A stretch of 64,000 bases of DNA from Nitrospiraceae bacterium. GTDB taxonomy: Bacteria; Nitrospirota; Nitrospiria; Nitrospirales; Nitrospiraceae. The stretch covers positions 32,001-96,000 of the forward strand of contig JBFWWG010000004.1 in NCBI GenBank assembly GCA_050246315.1. The letters are read 5' to 3'. Within the stretch, counting starts at the first letter, position 1; each line of letters opens with the position of its first letter. Positions 30,390 to 40,686 of the stretch are shown here, one piece after another. The notes under the pieces were generated by a model. That model worked only from the letters and a program-made list of their open reading frames with translations, was not told where the DNA came from and searched no databases. The position numbers and the translations under genes are program-made.

Positions 30390-31343
30390 TCACTGAAGCT
30401 TGAGGGTATACCAGGTGGAAATACCCTTCATGCCGTTACGTTCAACGTTGCTGCCGTCCCAGGCCGCAAACGCGATCGGCACAGAGGCGCCCGCCTTGAA
30501 CTGCACATCGTTCGGGTCGCCGTTTTCCATGGTCCGCTTGATGACCACGCGCCAGGTCGGACCGGTGAATCCACCGCCCTTGACGGAACCAGCCGGTTCC
30601 CACACGCCGTTACCGATCACATCCTGATGGGCCTGCGTCGTCAGGGTGCTGAAGCCGTTGGCATTGAGGTCCTCAACCGAACTCACCCGAAGGGTCGGAT
30701 CGGACATGATGTTGCCCGACCAAATGCCAGGGTTGAACGGACCTAGGCTTCGGCCGATCCGATCCGGATAGGTCACACCGCCAGCCGGCTCTTCAAAGTA
30801 GTAATCCCAGAAAATCCCAGGATACTGGTCGTCCACATCCCAGAGACCGGCACTGTCCTTTCCAATGTCCTTCTGCCACTCGGCGTTCCACCGCCAGATG
30901 TTCACGGTTCCGCCGGATTGCCCCATACACTGAAATGGAGGCGCACCGGACGTATTCACCGGGAACTGGAGGGCCGCCTGATCACGGAAGTCCTGTGGTC
31001 CGATCGTCGTATCGTTCTTCGTCTGATCGTTCCACTCCACCCGGAAACCGATATCCTTCCCGTTCGACACGGCCTTGACGAAGACCGTCTTGACGGCGAA
31101 GTTCGGGTGCATCGGCGTCGTAATGGTTTGCCCGCTGAGCGGGATCATCACGCCCGGCACCCCTTCCCACTGAGGATTCGCTCCATCCATCGGGATGGGC
31201 CCCTTGATCGCCTTGACCGGAATTGTCACCGGTTGGCTGACCGCCAGAGGGATCTGCCCGATCGTCAACATGACGCCGACGACCAGAGCAGAGACGAGAA
31301 TGCCAAACACTAGGCTTTTGCTGCGTGTCTGCACGAGCCTCAT
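30390..31343 (-). CDS. nxrC: Putative nitrite oxidoreductase gamma subunit (NxrC/EbdC-like)
   Basis: Signal/anchor segment, FRDQAALQFP, CMGQSGGTVNIWRWNAEWQ, SSVEDLNANGFSTLT, FAAWDGSNVERNGMK; next to a TorD-like chaperone. Confidence 0.8.
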   Translation of the reverse strand: MRLVQTRSKSLVFGILVSALVVGVMLTIGQIPLAVSQPVTIPVKAIKGPIPMDGANPQWEGVPGVMIPLSGQTITTPMHPNFAVKTVFVKAVSNGKDIGFRVEWNDQTKNDTTIGPQDFRDQAALQFPVNTSGAPPFQCMGQSGGTVNIWRWNAEWQKDIGKDSAGLWDVDDQYPGIFWDYYFEEPAGGVTYPDRIGRSLGPFNPGIWSGNIMSDPTLRVSSVEDLNANGFSTLTTQAHQDVIGNGVWEPAGSVKGGGFTGPTWRVVIKRTMENGDPNDVQFKAGASVPIAFAAWDGSNVERNGMKGISTWYTLKLQ

Positions 31344-31411
31344 GAATATGCCCTCCTCTCGATAAGTAGGATTAAGAACTCAAAAACCGTTCACCCAAAC
31401 TCCGCAATAAG

Positions 31412-31427
31412 TGCAAGGAACGCCCCA
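31412..31427 (-). promoter_or_regulatory. Putative sigma54 (-24/-12) promoter of the nxrC-like gene
   Basis: Minus strand TGGGGCGTTCCTTGCA; GG-N10-GC spacing as in TGGCACG-N4-TTGCW. Confidence 0.55.
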
Positions 31428-31457
31428 CATGAAAAAGCACGACGGCGATCGTGAGTC

Positions 31458-32411
31458 TTACGCCGTCCCAAACGGCCCCTTCTCCTCCTTTTCCTCTTGC
31501 TTGTCCATAAAGGACTGCGCCCCGACCTCGCTCAAGAGCATGCTCAACTCGTTACCACGATCCTGAGCCCCGCATTCATAGGACTGCCCCTCCGGGGCAT
31601 TGAAGGTGGCGGGACGATAGTCGGTCTCAGAATAGGGTTGCGGACTGACTCCGAGATACAGGGATTCGAGATCCATCCAGGCCCCGCAGATATCGGCAAT
31701 AAACCGGAAGAGGCCCGAGTCTGACTTCTTGGAGAGCATTCGGGAAAAGAGGGGAACCCATCGCCCAATATGATTCTTGACGAACTTCTTTTGCGCATCC
31801 ACCACGATTTGCGTTTTCTCAGGCCCGTCATGGCACAGTGCGTACGATTCCTTGTAGGCGAGAAAATGCATGAACTCGAGCTCGACGCTCAGGTGGTCGA
31901 GACGCTCATGGATATCCTTGGACAGCTCCACTCCGAATGCCTTGTAGAATCCAGCGATGTCCCCCATCACGTGCGATTGGGCAAACACGTGGTCGTTGCC
32001 GAACAACGTCTCGTAAGGAGGACAATCCAGCGTGATCACATTACTAAAGACCCGGCGGTGCTCAGCTTGCAAATCCTCCAATTTCCAATTGGAACATTCT
32101 GCTGCCACCCACCGTTCGACATCGTCGAGGAGTTGACTGATGGTCTGCAACCGTTGGGCGGCCCGCTCTCCACCCGCTCCGGCGAGAGCCTTATCAAGCC
32201 CTTGGATCGCTGCACGCCCGTCCTCGACGAATTCCCCGGACTGGAGATAGTCAAGAAATTCATCATCCTCGGGGAACAACAGACCCCACGAGATCAACAA
32301 ATAGATTTTGCTCCGATTGAGAGCTCGCTCGACTGCAGGAGAATCCTTCGCTGCTGCTGTGGCGGGAACGACCGCGGCGGAACCGCTGGTGGCACTCTGT
32401 TTCCCAGTCAT
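31458..32411 (-). CDS. TorD/DmsD-family molybdoenzyme maturation chaperone
   Basis: CPPYET, DIAGFYKAFG, ERLDHLSVELEFMHFL, FVKNHIGRW. Confidence 0.92.
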   Translation of the reverse strand: MTGKQSATSGSAAVVPATAAAKDSPAVERALNRSKIYLLISWGLLFPEDDEFLDYLQSGEFVEDGRAAIQGLDKALAGAGGERAAQRLQTISQLLDDVERWVAAECSNWKLEDLQAEHRRVFSNVITLDCPPYETLFGNDHVFAQSHVMGDIAGFYKAFGVELSKDIHERLDHLSVELEFMHFLAYKESYALCHDGPEKTQIVVDAQKKFVKNHIGRWVPLFSRMLSKKSDSGLFRFIADICGAWMDLESLYLGVSPQPYSETDYRPATFNAPEGQSYECGAQDRGNELSMLLSEVGAQSFMDKQEEKEEKGPFGTA

Positions 32412-32506
32412 TCTTTTTCACCCCCTCGGCTTCACACTCGATGGAAACGTGTTTGAGTCTGTCGATAATCTACATCGAGCGCACAAACCTGTGGCCAGGC
32501 TGGCGT

Positions 32507-32535
32507 ATCATAGGTAAAGGTTAAAACTGTGTCAA
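32507..32535 (-). promoter_or_regulatory. Strong sigma70 promoter of the chaperone gene
   Basis: Minus strand TTGACA-N17-TATGAT. Confidence 0.7.
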
Positions 32536-32683
32536 GCAAGAACCATAGGACGCCTCCTCCCTTTCAAAAATTCCTGGCGCCTCCCCGGCACCGTGAAATC
32601 CAGCTTGACTTCTTCTGAGTTTTCCTTCTGGTCCATCCGGCCGCTCACGGAGGCCTTCAGGAGTGCCGCCCGGTCCGCCCGCA

Positions 32684-33280
32684 CTAGGCGGCAGAGACCC
32701 GAGGCGGATAGACCTTGATGGCCAACGCATCATTGACAGATTTGCAAATATGCTCGCAGATTCCGCAGCCTACACACCGGTCATCAAGCACCTGCAGTCG
32801 CATTGTTCCGAAGTTCATCTCCAATGCATGCATCGGGCATTGCGACACACAGGCATGACAGCCCTGACCGGCCGTACAGACTCGATGGGACACCGTAGCC
32901 AGCCCCATCCGGACCTCCGCACGATCGACCACAGGGAGCAGGGCGTCGGTCGCGCAGGATTGGATGCAGGGGGTATCCTCGCAGAGATAGCACGGCACCT
33001 GATCGGGATAGACGACAGGAGTACCGTCTCCGGCATGGAAGCTGATACTGTCGTGGGGGCAGGCTTTGGCGCAATCCTGGCAGCGCGTGCATCGTTCCAC
33101 AAAGAGCGCGTCCTCTACGGCTCCGGGCGGGCGAAGAAAATCCGGCCGAGCCGGGGCGGGGGCCACTACAGGCTGCGGCTTAGCATCGCGCTGCTGCTGA
33201 AACTCGTACGCCGCCCGAGCAATCGAGACGACCGAGTCCTTGAAAAATTGTCGGCGTCCGTATTCGTCTTTGGTGGTCAT
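32684..33280 (-). CDS. NapG/MauM/NapF-type multi-[4Fe-4S] ferredoxin
   Basis: GRRQFFK, LRPPGA, CTRCQDCAKACP, CYLCEDTPCIQSC, CHACVSQCP, CVGCGICEHIC. Confidence 0.92.
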   Translation of the reverse strand: MTTKDEYGRRQFFKDSVVSIARAAYEFQQQRDAKPQPVVAPAPARPDFLRPPGAVEDALFVERCTRCQDCAKACPHDSISFHAGDGTPVVYPDQVPCYLCEDTPCIQSCATDALLPVVDRAEVRMGLATVSHRVCTAGQGCHACVSQCPMHALEMNFGTMRLQVLDDRCVGCGICEHICKSVNDALAIKVYPPRVSAA

Positions 33281-33302
33281 GACGCTTGCCGCGCCCCTTC
33301 GC

Positions 33303-34301
33303 CTACATCACGCCGTCGGCACGAAGCTTGTACACCTCGACGCACCGGTCACAGGCACCGTATTGCACATCCCAGCCGGGATGGTTCTCGCGAATGAAAT
33401 CCAGTACGTAGTTTTCGACTTTCGCATCGAGGTCCTCAACCCACGAATAGGTCGGAAACCGACAGAGCGGACAAGGGAACCCCGGCATGAGCATGACCTT
33501 GTTCTGGGTCTCCGGGACTTCCCCACCTTCCACATCGATCGCTCGATCCATCACCCGAAGCGTATCGGTGGCCATTTCCACGAGTTCGGAATGGTTAAAC
33601 GTATCGGTCTGCCAGAGCCCTTCAAACACCGACTTCAATTGGGGCGGGGGGATCTTTCGATACCAGGACCGGAATTCCTTGAACCGATCCTGCTTGGTCA
33701 GCATCATTTCCTTGCCGGCCCGATCGAGTCGGCTGTCCACATAGAGCGACCAGAGCACCCGGTAGCGCTGGAGGATCAAGGTTTCCTCTCCCGGATTCTG
33801 GCCGACTTTGGTGTCGGGATCGTAACCGAACTCCGGTTCCAGCATGTCCGCAATGTGCATCAGCTCATGACGGCAATACCGTGACAGCGCGGGATCGTAG
33901 AACCGTCTCGGAATCAGCTTGATGCCGACCCCCTTCAATCCCTTTTGCTCAAATTGCTTGGCCAGGTCCTGCTCGACCGCACCCCACTTGCGAAGAATAT
34001 CGACGCCCTCTTCCGCCTCCTTCAACACCCCCTTCACCAGCACGATGCCGACGCGCTCTTTCAGGATCGGGTACTCGTCGAACGCCGAGTTGATGATGTC
34101 GGAAAATCCCCAGGTGCCGAAGAGGTACTGGTAGAGCTTCTTGAATTCCGGTTCCCGGTCTTCCAGCGTGTACTTTTCATATATGGGGTCCGCCAACTCA
34201 TGGAACTCTTTATAATAGGTGGGGTCCCCCTCTCGTTCTGTTTTTTCGATGAAGGAGTCAATGACTTCTTGCAGCAACGCCGGTTGGAATCGGATATCCA
34301 T
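33303..34301 (-). CDS. Hypothetical protein with HExxH motif and C-terminal Cys4 finger
   Basis: RHELMHIAD; CPLC...CDRC; 332 aa with RBS. Confidence 0.8.
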   Translation of the reverse strand: MDIRFQPALLQEVIDSFIEKTEREGDPTYYKEFHELADPIYEKYTLEDREPEFKKLYQYLFGTWGFSDIINSAFDEYPILKERVGIVLVKGVLKEAEEGVDILRKWGAVEQDLAKQFEQKGLKGVGIKLIPRRFYDPALSRYCRHELMHIADMLEPEFGYDPDTKVGQNPGEETLILQRYRVLWSLYVDSRLDRAGKEMMLTKQDRFKEFRSWYRKIPPPQLKSVFEGLWQTDTFNHSELVEMATDTLRVMDRAIDVEGGEVPETQNKVMLMPGFPCPLCRFPTYSWVEDLDAKVENYVLDFIRENHPGWDVQYGACDRCVEVYKLRADGVM

Positions 34302-34525
34302 TCGTCCCTCTTTCTAGTAGAGCCCACACGCGGCGGGAGAACGACTCATCGCGCGCTGGCTGCGCAGAACCGCTGCTCGCCGGCTTGACTTGGCTTTCAA
34401 CCATTCCCTATGATTTGAGCTTCTGCGATTATACCGATCGGTTTTCGTCCAATGCAAACCGGTCCGGGGTCTGGACGGGCTACCACGCATGTTCCAGACG
34501 ACCAACCGACAACAAGGATGACGGC

Positions 34526-35632
34526 ATGAGCGAGCACACGAGCCACACCCCGACCGTTCCTTCCCCGTCCATGACCACAACGGAGCCGCCGTCCCCGCCA
34601 AAGGAACCGATCAATCTATTGGACTATTGGAAGGCCGGATGCCGAGAAGTCCGCACCTTCCGCGGACATACCCATGGCATCTGGTCCGTCGCCTACTCGC
34701 CGGACGCGCAAACCCTGGCCAGCGGAGGCGTCGACCGCCTCGTCAGAATCTGGGATATCGAAACCGGGCGTCTTCTGCGCTCCCTGCGCGGGCACACACA
34801 GGATATCCGCGTAGCACTGTTCACGCCGGATGGCCAAGCGCTCGCAACCGGGAGCGACGACCGCACCATCCGCCTGTGGAATCCCCAGACCGGCGAACCC
34901 AGGAAGCTGCTTTTCACCCGCTACGATCACAATGTCGTCAGCCTCTCGATTTCTCCCGACGGCCTGATGATGGCTCGCGGCGCCTATAACAAGGACATCA
35001 AGATCTGGGAGGTCACTACGGGCACCGAGTTGATGACCCTCCTCGGGAAGGACCAGTACGACAACCACTGGTCGGTCTGCGTCGCCTTCTCCCCCGACGG
35101 CATCCACATGGCCAGCGGCAACGACATCGGCAAAATCAAATTGTGGGAGGTGTTGCCGAGCGGGGAAGAAAAACTCACGATCGCCGGCCATTGGAAAGAC
35201 GACGAAGAGGATACGACCGAGACTCGTGGGTACTTCGTGATCGACGAGGGGAGCTTCCAGAAGCCGATGGATTACTGGATCGGCGCGTTGATCTTCACGC
35301 CGGACGGAAAATACTTGATCTCCGGCAGCCGCGACACCACCATCAAATTCTTCGAGATGCCCACGCTCCAAGAAGTTCGCATGTTGAAGGGCCATGCGGC
35401 CTGGGTCCGCGCGTTGGCCATCTCGCCGGACGGCCGAATCTTGGTTAGCGCCAGCGACGATAACACGATCAAGATGTGGGATCTCGCCACTGGGCGTCCG
35501 GTACGGACCTTGACCGGTCACACCGGCCCCATCCGCAGTATCGCCTTCTCGCCGGACGGCCGCCGGCTGGCCAGCGGGTCCTGGGACCGTACCGTGAAGT
35601 TGTGGGAGGGTGGGACCGAGACCGAGAGCTGA
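34526..35632 (+). CDS. WD40-repeat protein
   Basis: Repeated GH...SVAFSPDG..LASG..D.T..WD units. Confidence 0.93.
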   Translation: MSEHTSHTPTVPSPSMTTTEPPSPPKEPINLLDYWKAGCREVRTFRGHTHGIWSVAYSPDAQTLASGGVDRLVRIWDIETGRLLRSLRGHTQDIRVALFTPDGQALATGSDDRTIRLWNPQTGEPRKLLFTRYDHNVVSLSISPDGLMMARGAYNKDIKIWEVTTGTELMTLLGKDQYDNHWSVCVAFSPDGIHMASGNDIGKIKLWEVLPSGEEKLTIAGHWKDDEEDTTETRGYFVIDEGSFQKPMDYWIGALIFTPDGKYLISGSRDTTIKFFEMPTLQEVRMLKGHAAWVRALAISPDGRILVSASDDNTIKMWDLATGRPVRTLTGHTGPIRSIAFSPDGRRLASGSWDRTVKLWEGGTETES

Positions 35633-35635
35633 CGA

Positions 35636-37075
35636 TCAGTCTTCCTCCGGTTCCGTCGCACCGACCGCGATCCCATAGCGTTTGCACTTCTCCCAAAGCC
35701 CCTTTCGGGAGAGGCCCAGAATCTTCGCCGCCATCGTCTTGCTGCCTTCGGTCTGAGTCAGCACCGAGAGGATGTATTCGCGCTCGAACCGTTCTCGCGC
35801 CGTCGCTAACGATTCGTTCGCATCTTTCCGCTCGGTCCGCCCGACGAGCCCCTCGCTGCAGAATCCGCAGGTGTCCTGGGGAACCCCGCCAAGGAACGGA
35901 CACGTCGGATAGCCGCATAGGTCCCAGGGCTGAATCTCCTCGCGTTCCCGTCCGAGCGCGACGGCCCGCTCGATCATATTTTCCAACTCGCGCACATTGC
36001 CTGGGAAAGAATACCGCAACAGAAGTTCCTCCGCCGGGGACGACAGACCTTTGATCACCTTCTTGACGTGCTCCGAACGGTTGCTCAGGACATGTTCCGC
36101 CAGCATCAGCACATCTTCCCTCCGCTCTCGCAGCGGCGGCAACATGATCGGCACGACGTTCAGCCGATAATACAGGTCTTCTCGAAACCGTCCCTGCATC
36201 ACTTCCTTTTTCAAGTCCTTCTGGGTCGCACAAATCAACCGCACATCGACCTCGATGGTCTGATTGCCTCCGACCCGCTCAAACTGGCGTTCTTGCAACA
36301 CCCGCAGTAACTTGACCTGGACGACCAGGGAAATCTCTCCGATTTCATCCAGAAACAGCGTGCCCCGGTGGGCCAACTCGAATCGACCCTTCCGCTGGCG
36401 CAAGGCTCCCGTAAACGCACCCTTCTCGTGTCCGAACAACTCGGCTTCCAGCAGCGTTTCAGGAAGGGCCGCGCAACTCACCTTGATGAACGCCTGATCT
36501 TTACGAGGACTGTGATGGTGGATTGCATTGGCGACCAATTCCTTGCCGGTGCCACTCTCGCCGACCACGAGGACCGTGGAATCCGTCCCGGCCACGAGCT
36601 TGACCTTCTCCAACAACGCCCGCATCCGCTCGTTGCGTCCCAGAATGCCCTGAAAGTTGAACTTGCCTTCCAATTGCTGGCGCAACTGCTGATTCTCCCG
36701 TTTCAGGGCTTGGACCTTGGACAGACGTTCCACCACCAACAGCAGCTCGTCCATCTGAAACGGTTTGGTGATATAGTCGTAGGCCCCGGCCTTCATGGCG
36801 TTCACCGCTGTCTCGACCGATCCATGCGCCGTAATCATGATCGCTTCGGTCCGTCGGGTCGGTTCCTTGCAGAGCTGCATCAGGCCGAGACCGTCAATGC
36901 CCGGCAATTGGAGGTCCGTGATGAGGATGTCGAACTGGCCTGTGAGCAACAGGTCTTTGCCCTCATGTCCGGTCGCCGCAGCCTGGACGTCGTAACCGAC
37001 GGCCTTGAGAGCGTCGAGCATCGACAGCCTCATCAGGGGCTCATCGTCAACAAGGAGAATCGAGGTCGGACTCAT
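35636..37075 (-). CDS. Sigma54-dependent NtrC/AtoC-family response regulator
   Basis: REC domain (LLVDDE, TDLQLP), GESGTGKE, GAFTGA, LDEIGE, PGNVRELEN, Fis-type HTH. Confidence 0.96.
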   Translation of the reverse strand: MSPTSILLVDDEPLMRLSMLDALKAVGYDVQAAATGHEGKDLLLTGQFDILITDLQLPGIDGLGLMQLCKEPTRRTEAIMITAHGSVETAVNAMKAGAYDYITKPFQMDELLLVVERLSKVQALKRENQQLRQQLEGKFNFQGILGRNERMRALLEKVKLVAGTDSTVLVVGESGTGKELVANAIHHHSPRKDQAFIKVSCAALPETLLEAELFGHEKGAFTGALRQRKGRFELAHRGTLFLDEIGEISLVVQVKLLRVLQERQFERVGGNQTIEVDVRLICATQKDLKKEVMQGRFREDLYYRLNVVPIMLPPLRERREDVLMLAEHVLSNRSEHVKKVIKGLSSPAEELLLRYSFPGNVRELENMIERAVALGREREEIQPWDLCGYPTCPFLGGVPQDTCGFCSEGLVGRTERKDANESLATARERFEREYILSVLTQTEGSKTMAAKILGLSRKGLWEKCKRYGIAVGATEPEED

Positions 37076-40000
37076 CGCGCTTTCTCGATGGGATAGGCGT
37101 CACGCACGACAGGCAGACAGAGGGTAAACGTCGAGCCCCGACCAACCTCGCTGTCCACCAACAGCCGGCCGCCGTGGCGCTCGACAATCCCAAGGCTCAC
37201 GGACAATCCCAATCCGGTCCCCTCTCCGGTCGCCTTCGTCGTAAAGAATGGATCAAAAATGCGAGGGAGGATATGCGGTGGAATACCGCAACCCGAATCC
37301 TGGACTTGAACCTGGCAGACGCCTTCGATCACGCGTGTGCTGATCGAGACCTTGCCTCCACCCCGCAGTGCCTGTACGGCATTCAGCACCAGGTTCATGA
37401 GGACTTGTTCGATCATGTGACGATCGATCATTAAGGCCGGCAGGTCCCGACCGAACTGCGTATCGAGTGCAATCTGGTTGGCGACGAAAATATGATTCGT
37501 CAGCACCAGAACCCGATCGACCACGCTGTTGATGTCCGTCGGCGCCAACTCCGGTTCGTGTTGTTGTGAGAAGTCCAACAATTGCCGGACGATCTTCTGG
37601 ACTCGTCGCAGGCCGTCTTCGATCGCGGAAAGATACTCCTCTTGCCGAGCCGGGGGCAGCGTACCCTTGCGGAAGTTGTAGAGGCAATTGAGGATGCCGC
37701 CCAACGGGTTGTTGATCTCATGCGCCACACCCGCCGCCAGCTTGCCGACCGACGCCAGCTTTTCCGAGTTTCTCACGTATTGCTCGAACCGCTTCATATC
37801 CGTCATGTCGCGCGCGATGCCCAACACGCCGGTGACGCGGCCGTCGGAATCACAGAGCGGCGAGACACTGACCATGACCGAGCGCGGCTCCCCGGACTTG
37901 CTGACGACCTCGACCTCATACACTTGCTTCGCGCCGATATCCAAGGTGTTCTTGAGTCGCCGACCGCGGTGCCGCTTGGAGAGCAGCGAGAGATAGGGCC
38001 TCCCGATGAGGTCGCCCTTGCGGTATCCCCAGGACTCGACCTGTCCGTTTACGTAAGTGAAGCGCTGGTCCACGTCCAACGTGTAAATGACGTCGTTCGC
38101 ATTTTCGAGCAGGTTTTCGAGATAGTGTTTGGTCTCCTCGATCTCACGCGTCCGCTCCCCGACCTTCGCTTCCAGCTCATCGCGGTGGCTTTGCAACTCC
38201 TGCTCCAGGCGCTTCCGCTCCGTAATGTCCCGGACCTGAACCATCACGGTGGGGAGTTCTCCGGTTTCCACGCGAATGAGGTCGATTTCGGCGTGTCGCT
38301 CGTCTCCCTCGGAGGTGAGCACCACCATTTCTTGCGTCGGCACACGACGTTGCCCTTGCACCAGCGTCCCGATCATGCACACCAGATCCTCATGATACCG
38401 GACCGGGACAACGTCCAGGATCCGGCGTCCCACCATCTCCTGTTCGCGGTAGCCCAACGCTTGCTCCTCCCGCTTGTTGAGCGCCACCACGATGCCGTTG
38501 TGGTCTACCATGAAGACGGAATCCGCCACGAAATCGAACAGGGCCTTGTACCGCGCTTGCGACGATGACAATTCGTGGGTCCGCTCAGCCACGTCCTGCT
38601 CAAGCTGCAAGGTATAGCGTTGCAGCTTCTGCTCCAGGAGCTTGCGTTCGGACACATCGCGCACGAACGCCCGCGAATAGACGAGGCCGCGGCTTTCGGG
38701 GTCGAACAGCGCGGTCGTGTGAATCTCTACGTCGATGGGCTGCCCCGTCTTCGTGAGGAACACCGTTTCGATGCGACTGTGTCCCTTGGCGAGGAGCTGC
38801 TCCAGGTAGGCGAGAATTTCAGCCTCCCGGCCTTTGGGGACCACCTGCCATAACCGCATCGTCAGCATTTCGTCCAGGCTATAGCCCAGCTTTTCCAGCT
38901 CGGTCTTGTTGACGTGCACGAACTGGCCGGTGCGGTCGAGCTGGTGAATCATTTCCGGGGAGTTTTCGATCAGGTCGCGATAGCGTTCCTGCAGTCCGCG
39001 CATGTCGGACATGGTCTGTTGCAGGCGGCCGAACGAATCCTTCAGATTGGCAGCCATATGGTTGAACGCCAGTGCCAATTCTTCGATCTCATCCCCGGTC
39101 TTGAGCTCGAGGCGATGGTCGAGTTCCCCGCTACCGAGGCGCTGGGCTCCTTCCCTCAGGGTGCGAATCGGCTTCACGATGCGCCGCGCCACAGCGACTC
39201 CCGTCCCCCACAGCACGGCAAATACGACGAGTCCGTACACCGTCACCTTCAGCAGCAGGCGGCTCAACGAGGCATACGTTTCCTCCGGGCTCTGTCGAAC
39301 GAAGGTGATCCACCGCCGCCCACCGAGGCTACCGGGCATCAAGTCCTCACCCAGCCGAACCGGCGCAAACCCCACGATCCCTTGCCGTCCACCGTGCGTG
39401 TCGTTTTCAACTTCCGCCCACCCGCCATGGACCGTTGCCAGGGCAGCCACCACATCTGGCCCAACGCTATGTTCTTCCAATGCCAGCACCGGGCACATCA
39501 GCACGGCACCATCCGTGCCCAACAGCATGGCATGGCCGGTCTGCCCGACCACGACCTCGGAAATGGCATGGAACAGGGCATCGCGGCGCAATAGCACGGT
39601 CACGGCTCCAATCAGCGCCTTGCGCTGATCGTCGATGATCGGCACCGACACACTCAGCACGTGGGTGCCGTAGGAGGGGTCGAAATAGAGGTCGCTGACA
39701 TAGACGCGCCCGCCCTCGTCCTTTCTCAGACCTTGCCACCAGGGCGCTGTGCCATAATCATACTCGACCTGGGGAATGGAACTCACCACCAGCGCGCCGC
39801 GCTCATCCGTGACGAGGATGCCGACGTAATCCGACTTGCGGACGTCGTGCCACCGGATCAGATAGTTGGTCACGATCCGGTTGATGAAGAGCGGGAACTC
39901 GTTGCCTCTGGCCCGGTTCTTCCATCGCTGTTGCCAATCCTTGATGAAAGCGCGAATCTGCTCCTCGCTCTTGCCTTCATAACTGCGATTGGCTTCAGAG

Positions 40001-40251
40001 ACCGCCGTGCGCAGAAACGGCACCACCGCCAACTGCTGCGCCTCGTTGATGCCGCGGGTGACCTGCATTTCGACTCGTTGGGCCGCATCCAAGGCAATTT
40101 CCTTGAAGTTGACCCCGATCACCTCACGCAGGGCTCGGCGTTGTTCGAAATAGGTCAGGACCAGAGAAAGCGAGAGGGGCAACAGGCCGACCATCACAAT
40201 GGCCGTGATAATCCTGCGCTGCAAACTATGCGACCGGCTCCAGACTGCCAT
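37072..40251 (-). CDS. Sensor histidine kinase (Cache-HAMP-3xPAS-HisKA-HATPase)
   Basis: Two TM segments, HAMP (GDEIEELALAFNHM), three PAS domains ending RDVSER/RDITER/RDMTD, AHEINNPL, DPFFTTK, GTGLGL. Confidence 0.95.
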   Translation of the reverse strand: MAVWSRSHSLQRRIITAIVMVGLLPLSLSLVLTYFEQRRALREVIGVNFKEIALDAAQRVEMQVTRGINEAQQLAVVPFLRTAVSEANRSYEGKSEEQIRAFIKDWQQRWKNRARGNEFPLFINRIVTNYLIRWHDVRKSDYVGILVTDERGALVVSSIPQVEYDYGTAPWWQGLRKDEGGRVYVSDLYFDPSYGTHVLSVSVPIIDDQRKALIGAVTVLLRRDALFHAISEVVVGQTGHAMLLGTDGAVLMCPVLALEEHSVGPDVVAALATVHGGWAEVENDTHGGRQGIVGFAPVRLGEDLMPGSLGGRRWITFVRQSPEETYASLSRLLLKVTVYGLVVFAVLWGTGVAVARRIVKPIRTLREGAQRLGSGELDHRLELKTGDEIEELALAFNHMAANLKDSFGRLQQTMSDMRGLQERYRDLIENSPEMIHQLDRTGQFVHVNKTELEKLGYSLDEMLTMRLWQVVPKGREAEILAYLEQLLAKGHSRIETVFLTKTGQPIDVEIHTTALFDPESRGLVYSRAFVRDVSERKLLEQKLQRYTLQLEQDVAERTHELSSSQARYKALFDFVADSVFMVDHNGIVVALNKREEQALGYREQEMVGRRILDVVPVRYHEDLVCMIGTLVQGQRRVPTQEMVVLTSEGDERHAEIDLIRVETGELPTVMVQVRDITERKRLEQELQSHRDELEAKVGERTREIEETKHYLENLLENANDVIYTLDVDQRFTYVNGQVESWGYRKGDLIGRPYLSLLSKRHRGRRLKNTLDIGAKQVYEVEVVSKSGEPRSVMVSVSPLCDSDGRVTGVLGIARDMTDMKRFEQYVRNSEKLASVGKLAAGVAHEINNPLGGILNCLYNFRKGTLPPARQEEYLSAIEDGLRRVQKIVRQLLDFSQQHEPELAPTDINSVVDRVLVLTNHIFVANQIALDTQFGRDLPALMIDRHMIEQVLMNLVLNAVQALRGGGKVSISTRVIEGVCQVQVQDSGCGIPPHILPRIFDPFFTTKATGEGTGLGLSVSLGIVERHGGRLLVDSEVGRGSTFTLCLPVVRDAYPIEKAR

Positions 40252-40686
40252 GACGCGACCCCTTGCTGGACGACCGGCGACCCTCCGCGTATCGTCAGCC
40301 CGGCGCGACGTTAGAGCGTCTCTTTCATGCCGCCTCGTCGCGCTGCATCCGTTGCATGCCGAAGCGCAACGAATACCCGGAAGTCGCCGCGCGCTGGCTC
40401 CATGGCAGGTTCGCTCCGTTGCATGAAGCGACCTGCAACGGGTGTCCCGGTAATGAGTGCCCTCGCGGGGAGTCCCGAGGACAGACGCCCTTCACCAGGT
40501 CCGCGCATGGTGCCTGGGCTCGTTCGAACCGGGACAGGCAACGCCGTGGACGACGGGATCACTCCTCCGGCAGCACGTTGCGGCCGCAGGGGCAAGCCCA
40601 CCGGCCAGCCTACCGTTCAGCAACATTCCAGGTTGTCGCAGCAGCGAATCCACGATTGCAGCCGAAGCGCTCGTGAGTGATGCGCG

